IMG/VR virus record: IMGVR_UViG_3300013137_000017
Coordinates: 2,802-66,801 of that record
Strand: one strand, 5' to 3'
Length of the DNA stretch: 64,000 nt
Origin: a virus
The first letter of the stretch is position 1. The number at the start of each line of letters is the position of its first letter. The position numbers and the translations under genes were made by a program. The notes below the pieces were generated by a model. It was not told the DNA's origin. It saw only the letters and a program-made list of their open reading frames with translations, and searched no databases. Positions 59,150-64,000 of the stretch are shown in pieces.

Positions 59150-59666
59150 AGAATTTTATTTCACCTGTTACATATAAGTGTGCTTCGCACTTCCTTCTCC
59201 GGATAAGTCCTGCCATTCTCTTCTTCTCTCCCGCCTCATCAATCAATCCATCCTCATCATCATCAATTCCATTCTTTGTCCCATCACCTGAATATCTGAA
59301 TCTCTGTATGTATTCAGGTATCCGTTTATCAAATGGATCAATACAGACCTTCTTGTATGCAGTAGAATCAAGAAATTGTGTCACGCCAATATTATACATA
59401 AAGATGATCAATGCATCGAACTGATGTTGCAGCAATGGAACAAGGATATTCTTATTCAGATAAAACTCAAATTGATGAAGGTCATGATGCATCAACTCAT
59501 ATGCTCTCTCCTTTATGATATGCTCCCCTTGTTTAACCTCTGCCCCTGACTCATACCGTGTAGTTCCTAATCCTATTGTCCAGATTCCCCGTGGACATAG
59601 ATAACTGTCAAGAAAGCATCCTTCAAAATGCTCAATAGCTTTAATTACATTATCGCTACTTTTCAT
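59133..59666 (-). CDS. endolysin, GH24 phage lysozyme
   Basis: FEG...YLCPRGIWTIGLGTT; QFDAL..F.YNIG; GLIRRR..E; likely start ATG 59666. Confidence 0.9.
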   Translation of the reverse strand: MKSSDNVIKAIEHFEGCFLDSYLCPRGIWTIGLGTTRYESGAEVKQGEHIIKERAYELMHHDLHQFEFYLNKNILVPLLQHQFDALIIFMYNIGVTQFLDSTAYKKVCIDPFDKRIPEYIQRFRYSGDGTKNGIDDDEDGLIDEAGEKKRMAGLIRRRKCEAHLYVTGEIKFFEDEI

Positions 59667-60006
59667 CTGTTCTGGCACTTGTTTTTGTTTTGTCGTAACT
59701 ATTGATGATTTCGGTAATTTGTTTGCGATTAATCGGCTTATAAAATATATGATCCACTCTGGTATCTTCATAGTCGGCATATGCTGTTACGATTATTATT
59801 TTTGCTATTGTTCTTCTTTTTAACGCTGTAATGTATTCTTTTCCAGCAAGCCCCGGAAACCCTATGTCTGTAAAGATTATATCTACTTTATCTCCCAAAC
59901 GCAGGGCTTCCGTGGAATGTTTTGCTTCGTTTATCCTATGCCCGCGGCATATAACTTTTAGCAATTCACGATCAGCATTCATCTGATCAGCGATTAGTAT
60001 TCTCAT
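59656..60006 (-). CDS. stand-alone CheY-like response regulator receiver protein
   Basis: MRILIAD; DIIFTDIGFPGLAG (phosphoacceptor D); IIIVTAY; YKP. Confidence 0.85.
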   Translation of the reverse strand: MRILIADQMNADRELLKVICRGHRINEAKHSTEALRLGDKVDIIFTDIGFPGLAGKEYITALKRRTIAKIIIVTAYADYEDTRVDHIFYKPINRKQITEIINSYDKTKTSARTDEK

Positions 60007-60347
60007 TTAACAGGTTTTTCGTATGTATCTGGTTTCGGAGGAGGAGCTACGGCAGACAGAACAGCGATTACAGTCAATATCACCAACTGTACCCAATCAA
60101 TTTTACCGCCATCCCATACCTGTATGAAAGTAGCACACAACGTACCGATGATGCCGGTAATTGTTAATCCTGCCCCACGCCATTTATTAGCAATATATGA
60201 GAGTATTGCCATCAAAACAGCAAATCCTATCACACTCCATTCAATTGTTTCTGCTCCTACAAACTGTTGCAGGGCAACGGCAATAGCCGCACCAAGGCCT
60301 GACAGAAAGACCTTGTTCTGTTTAAGAAATTCCCATACTTTTTTCAT
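60003..60347 (-). CDS. putative holin
   Basis: 114 aa; about 4 TM helices; charged C-terminus; near the lysozyme. Confidence 0.7.
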   Translation of the reverse strand: MKKVWEFLKQNKVFLSGLGAAIAVALQQFVGAETIEWSVIGFAVLMAILSYIANKWRGAGLTITGIIGTLCATFIQVWDGGKIDWVQLVILTVIAVLSAVAPPPKPDTYEKPVK

Positions 60348-60532
60348 GTTACTTTGTTTTTGTTGTACTTAATTTTCTCCCTTACAGTATTTTCTTTTGG
60401 GAGTTTATCGTATTCTTCTTTTGTAAGAAGTTTTCCTGTTCCGGCATGACGATACCTGTACTTTGGTTTTTTTTCTTTTGGTTCTTTTGGTTTCAATCCA
60501 AACGATACCAGTACTTTGTTCAATAAATTCAT
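60344..60532 (-). CDS. small basic hypothetical protein
   Basis: 62 aa; YRHAGTGKLLT...ENTVRE; GTGA/ATGA-type overlap with the holin start. Confidence 0.6.
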   Translation of the reverse strand: MNLLNKVLVSFGLKPKEPKEKKPKYRYRHAGTGKLLTKEEYDKLPKENTVREKIKYNKNKVT

Positions 60533-60538
60533 GGCTGT

Positions 60539-60769
60539 TTATTTTATATATGATATAGTAATCTGCACAAGTATTGTTACAACCAGTGCTGCCAAGGCGC
60601 CCCACATGACTGCTTTTGTTTCAAGGATAGTTACCTTTGTATTTAACTTATCCAGTTTCTCTTCAATCCTGCTTGTTTTTGCATCAAGACCATCAAGTTG
60701 TTTCAGAACGAGTTTTTTATATTCGTTCCAACCGTTTATTGGTATATTATTTTCCATCTGGGTATCCAT
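60539..60769 (-). CDS. coiled-coil plus C-terminal TM protein (XhlA/holin-like)
   Basis: Heptad LDGLDAKTSRIEEKLDKL, then a TM helix. Confidence 0.6.
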   Translation of the reverse strand: MDTQMENNIPINGWNEYKKLVLKQLDGLDAKTSRIEEKLDKLNTKVTILETKAVMWGALAALVVTILVQITISYIK

Positions 60770-61154
60770 TTGAAGAAGGTATTGTTATTGCAATCATTTT
60801 ACATCCATTATTGCTTTTCGCAACGTGAGGTTCGTTAGGACTTATTATAATAGGATCACCAATATATCCTTGTATAGAACCGTTTTTGAACTCGACTTCC
60901 AGATCACCTTCAAATGGAATAAGAATTTCAGATTCATCATGATCGTGGCATTTGAGTTCTGTTTTTCCTCCCATATACGCTATCTGTACAGCAACACTTT
61001 TTGTTTTGTATAGACCAAGACCGCCACATTCTCCTGTTTCAACGGAATACACAGCTTTATTTCCGGTGATATCTGCTATCATATGCAAAGGAGTAACGGT
61101 TTCAGTAAGTTCACGTATACGTTCAAGGTTTTGTTTTAAGTCAAAATCTGTCAT
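60747..61154 (-). CDS. cupin domain protein
   Basis: HDHDESEILIPFEG (H-x-H-x3-E) and GD.IIISPNEPH metal-binding motifs. Confidence 0.82.
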   Translation of the reverse strand: MTDFDLKQNLERIRELTETVTPLHMIADITGNKAVYSVETGECGGLGLYKTKSVAVQIAYMGGKTELKCHDHDESEILIPFEGDLEVEFKNGSIQGYIGDPIIISPNEPHVAKSNNGCKMIAITIPSSNGYPDGK

Positions 61155-61158
61155 CGGT

Positions 61159-61434
61159 TTATCTATTTATGTTAATAGTCATTGTAGTTGTATCTCTTTC
61201 TATTCCTTCTTCCTGCATCTTTCGTAGATGTTCTCTTGCTCTTACTTCATCTAATATTCTCTTTGGCATATTCTTCACATCATTCTTTATCTCATCAATG
61301 TCACCCTTTATCTCAACATGATCTTCTTCATGATATCTCCGTTCTGTCCTATTTTCAATAAAGAACCCATATAACCCTAACATTCCTGCGATTATTATTG
61401 AAGCCAATCCGTTCTTCTTTATCCACTCGATCAT
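61159..61434 (-). CDS. N-terminal TM plus coiled-coil protein
   Basis: 91 aa; TM helix LASIIIAGMLGLYGFFI. Confidence 0.65.
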   Translation of the reverse strand: MIEWIKKNGLASIIIAGMLGLYGFFIENRTERRYHEEDHVEIKGDIDEIKNDVKNMPKRILDEVRAREHLRKMQEEGIERDTTTMTININR

Positions 61435-62282
61435 GGTTTGTATATCCTTAGATAATCGACTGTTACTGTTTGCGGAAACATCAACTTTTTATTTGCATCG
61501 TTTATCAAAGTAGTATCACACCCCTGATAAATACCATTTCCAACCAAGAAATATATAGGTTCTGCATTCAATCCTTCCATTTCAAATTCACCGGTCATTA
61601 CGTTATCAAGATAAATTCGGTACTTATGCGGCCAGAGTTCACAGGCATAGATATGAAAGTCTTCCGACAAGTCAACCGGAAAATTGAATCGCTGATGTGA
61701 TTTGCCTTTGATCGTAGTCGAACGGTGAATTGTTGAGGTAAATGATTTGCTTGTTTCGCATTCAAATTCCATATAATCATTCTCAGGAAGCCAACCGTTA
61801 GGGGAGTAACTTAAAAACGAAGTCCAGTAGGTATTGCCTTTCGGTGCTACACGCATACGAACAGCCACATATACCGGGGGCATGAATGTTTCAATAGTAG
61901 CTATCTGCCCACTTACAACGTCCGTTGAATTAGGTTGTTTGTTTAGGTCTGTTACCAAGTTCAAATATCCTCCATCTACCCACCTGACCTGATCCGGGTT
62001 CCATTCACAGTAATTCCACGGGTCATCGGCAGGCTTCAATGTGCCGTCGTCGTTATACATACCTCCATCTTTTCTACAAACATGGTTAATTCCCCAGACC
62101 TCACAGACATCTAATTCGATTGTAGGGGGCCTATCGGCTTCTGTGTTGAATGAATAGTCTTTGTACAACTTATACCCTTGTGGAGCCTGTTCGTTCGTTG
62201 GAGGGTGCTGTAATATAGAAATAGGTACAGGACTGCACCCGGCAAGCAGAATCAAAATGAATATGTAGGTTAATCGCTTCAT
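61431..62282 (-). CDS. GH16 glycoside hydrolase lipoprotein
   Basis: Lipobox LAGC; catalytic E-x-D-x-x-E (ENDYME); DFHIYACELWP...IYLDN; VDYLRIYK. Confidence 0.85.
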   Translation of the reverse strand: MKRLTYIFILILLAGCSPVPISILQHPPTNEQAPQGYKLYKDYSFNTEADRPPTIELDVCEVWGINHVCRKDGGMYNDDGTLKPADDPWNYCEWNPDQVRWVDGGYLNLVTDLNKQPNSTDVVSGQIATIETFMPPVYVAVRMRVAPKGNTYWTSFLSYSPNGWLPENDYMEFECETSKSFTSTIHRSTTIKGKSHQRFNFPVDLSEDFHIYACELWPHKYRIYLDNVMTGEFEMEGLNAEPIYFLVGNGIYQGCDTTLINDANKKLMFPQTVTVDYLRIYKP

Positions 62283-62289
62283 CTTACTC

Positions 62290-62655
62290 TTAATAATCAG
62301 TCATTGCCGGGGGGACAGGAATAAGTGGTGAATTAAACGCCTCATAGATTACAGAATGATTGAAAGCACAAAACTGTAATACATGATACTGTATATCTGT
62401 ATCATCGGGAAATGTTTCAGCAATTAAGGACTGCACTATCTCTATCATGTACTTTTCAAACATCTTTACAACAACAACTTCCATAATTTGCTGCTCAGTC
62501 ATACCTTCATTATTATAAAGGTCTTCAAGGATAGCGGGTTCATTTTCCTCTATCTCTTTCACCATCTGAACTATTTCAATTTTCTGCCCAGTGGTAAATG
62601 GATTACAGGCATTTATCTGCTGAATCCATCTTTTAATTTGTGTTAATTTGTCCAT
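62290..62655 (-). CDS. hypothetical protein
   Basis: 121-aa acidic helical ORF. Confidence 0.65.
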   Translation of the reverse strand: MDKLTQIKRWIQQINACNPFTTGQKIEIVQMVKEIEENEPAILEDLYNNEGMTEQQIMEVVVVKMFEKYMIEIVQSLIAETFPDDTDIQYHVLQFCAFNHSVIYEAFNSPLIPVPPAMTDY

Positions 62656-62656
62656 C

Positions 62657-62691
62657 TGTATTTATTTTAAACGTTCTTTCAGGGCAACCAG
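62657..62691. repeat. 35-bp direct repeat, copy 1
   Basis: 33/35 identical to 63262-63296. Confidence 0.85.
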
Positions 62692-62739
62692 AAGCAGCAG
62701 GGCAAGCCAAATGATAAATATGTAGATTGATCGTTTCAT
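62662..62739 (-). CDS. 25-aa hydrophobic peptide (not in the ORF track)
   Basis: MKRSIYIFIIWLALLLLVALKERLK; fills the intergenic gap. Confidence 0.45.
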   Translation of the reverse strand: MKRSIYIFIIWLALLLLVALKERLK

Positions 62740-62755
62740 CTTAATCTTTATATAT

Positions 62756-63259
62756 TCATAGCGGCGTGTCAACATTTATTGTGTCTATGACAATCCAGTT
62801 TCCTTCGGTACTTAGAAAAAAATTACCACCCCCTTCTTGTATGTAAAGAGTATCACTATATCTATACCTATCAATTATCTCTTTCATTAATTTATCAAAC
62901 TCTAATAGTTCAGGTTCTATATATTCCCACATTGTTATCTCCCAACGCTCTTGAATAACACCTTGTTGATTTATTCTCCTCTGCTGCTTTTTATATGCTT
63001 TTGGGCAGCAACAAGGACAATATTCCGTTGTGAACACATAATCAATTATTACTTCCCATTCAGAATAGACCCATTCACTATTACAATCAGAGCAATAATT
63101 AATAGTATCAGTAGTTTTCCAATCCGTAATGACTGGTTTCTGTTTGATACATTCACCGCATTTGAATCTTCCCCCTGTAAATGGATTTGTCTGGGGAAAA
63201 CCTGCCATATTGATTAAAATAACAAACAAAATAATTAATATGAAAAATAGCTGCTTCAT
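62756..63259 (-). CDS. secreted/membrane Cys-rich hypothetical protein
   Basis: N-terminal signal/TM; CGEC, CSDC and CPCCC. Confidence 0.65.
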   Translation of the reverse strand: MKQLFFILIILFVILINMAGFPQTNPFTGGRFKCGECIKQKPVITDWKTTDTINYCSDCNSEWVYSEWEVIIDYVFTTEYCPCCCPKAYKKQQRRINQQGVIQERWEITMWEYIEPELLEFDKLMKEIIDRYRYSDTLYIQEGGGNFFLSTEGNWIVIDTINVDTPL

Positions 63260-63261
63260 CT

Positions 63262-63296
63262 TGTATTTATTTTAAACATTTTTTCAGGGCAACCAG
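63262..63296. repeat. 35-bp direct repeat, copy 2
   Basis: 33/35 identical to 62657-62691. Confidence 0.85.
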
Positions 63297-63346
63297 CGGC
63301 ATGACTTTCCCCGAAGGTAATTGCTCATGCCGCCATAAAGCTGCCC
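63287..63346 (-). other. long intergenic RNA stem-loop capped by C(UUCG)G
   Basis: GGGCAGC/GTTGCCC outer stem; GCGGCATGA/TCATGCCGC 9-bp inner stem; CC-TTCG-GG cap. Confidence 0.7.
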
Positions 63347-63361
63347 GTATTTTTCATCGTC

Positions 63362-64000
63362 TTAATTGTTTGACCTTGATCGTTCATACCAGCTCCCAAG
63401 TCTTTCGGACCACTTCAGTACTAATTCATCACCTTTGCCACCAATCCAGTTTACACCACCGTTTAACTTCACGTTATCGCCTTGAAGAATCGTTAATGTG
63501 TTTGTATTTTTTGTTCCTGTTATCGAAACTACCTGACCGTCATACTTCCCGTTTGCAATCTGTTTCACACCTGCATCAAACGAAACCGAGGCAGGAGAAT
63601 CAAAATAGATCGTGCTTGCCAGTGCCGATGCCGGAATGCCAGATGTATTGCTGATTGTCAAAGTGTCATCATCTTCGACGATAGCTGTTGTGATTGTCGA
63701 AATGTTTGTCAGGTAGTTGACTGACTTTTCAAGTGCTTTTATTGATTCGTTGTGATCCTGCAAAGCCTTAATTGTAGGAACGATCAGACGGGAATAGTTC
63801 ACCGTAGCAACCTTTGTTTCCAATGTGTCCCCGGCTGTACCGTTCTGTATCGTTTCAGTAGTTGTGCCAGCTATTACGTAATCGTATGACACAACCCATT
63901 TATTGACAGTATCAACTTCCTCCGCTATTAGGCCGTATTGCTTCCATTTTGCATTATCTGATTTATAGATATAATTGACAGGGCGAAGTTTATAGAGCCA
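63362..64000 (-). CDS. tail fiber/spike protein with peptidase S74 chaperone domain (5' end outside window)
   Basis: Frame open to the window edge: WLYKLRPVNYIYK...QYGLIAEEV...VNYSRLIVPTIKALQD, then an extra C-terminal domain. Confidence 0.8.
   Translation of the reverse strand, partial: WLYKLRPVNYIYKSDNAKWKQYGLIAEEVDTVNKWVVSYDYVIAGTTTETIQNGTAGDTLETKVATVNYSRLIVPTIKALQDHNESIKALEKSVNYLTNISTITTAIVEDDDTLTISNTSGIPASALASTIYFDSPASVSFDAGVKQIANGKYDGQVVSITGTKNTNTLTILQGDNVKLNGGVNWIGGKGDELVLKWSERLGSWYERSRSNN

Noticed and set aside
59667-59780. N-terminal extension (SAR/signal) of the lysozyme
   Set aside because: It overlaps the well-conserved receiver gene in another frame and is not convincingly hydrophobic; ATG 59666 gives a normal GH24 start. 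A longer form cannot be fully excluded.
14771-63654. Many + strand ORFs of 60-205 aa in the ORF track
   Set aside because: Antisense shadows of long - strand genes, with no recognisable motifs.
1-64000. Genome-wide stop-codon reassignment, as in some crAss-like phages
   Set aside because: ORFs tile densely in the standard code; TAG ends the 19.7-kb gene and TGA occurs in many ATGA overlaps. The single in-frame TGA at 9024 is isolated.

Overview
A 64-kb segment of a crAss-like (Crassvirales-type) phage genome with a probable Bacteroidota host, read in the standard genetic code. The + strand arm (1-11578) holds replication/recombination genes: DnaB, a probable SSB, a PD-(D/E)xK nuclease, DUF932, an SMC-like ATPase, HNH and many small ORFs. 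The - strand arm (64000 to 11575) holds, in transcription order: S74-chaperone tail protein, an expanded lysis region, TerS/TerL, portal, scaffold-like protein, major capsid protein, ring/tail proteins, lytic transglycosylase, muzzle-like protein, cargo proteins, a 6585-aa virion RNA polymerase polyprotein and tail proteins. The most unusual observations: (1) a stand-alone CheY-like receiver gene between holin and endolysin, with a cupin and a GH16 lipoprotein just upstream; (2) the vRNAP polyprotein also carries an SF1 helicase and two zincin motifs; (3) an unannotated collapsed beta-clamp-like ORF with an in-frame TGA; (4) a tRNA-like gene with a structured 29-nt insert in the anticodon loop. 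All calls come from reading motifs and gene order by eye; no database searches were run.
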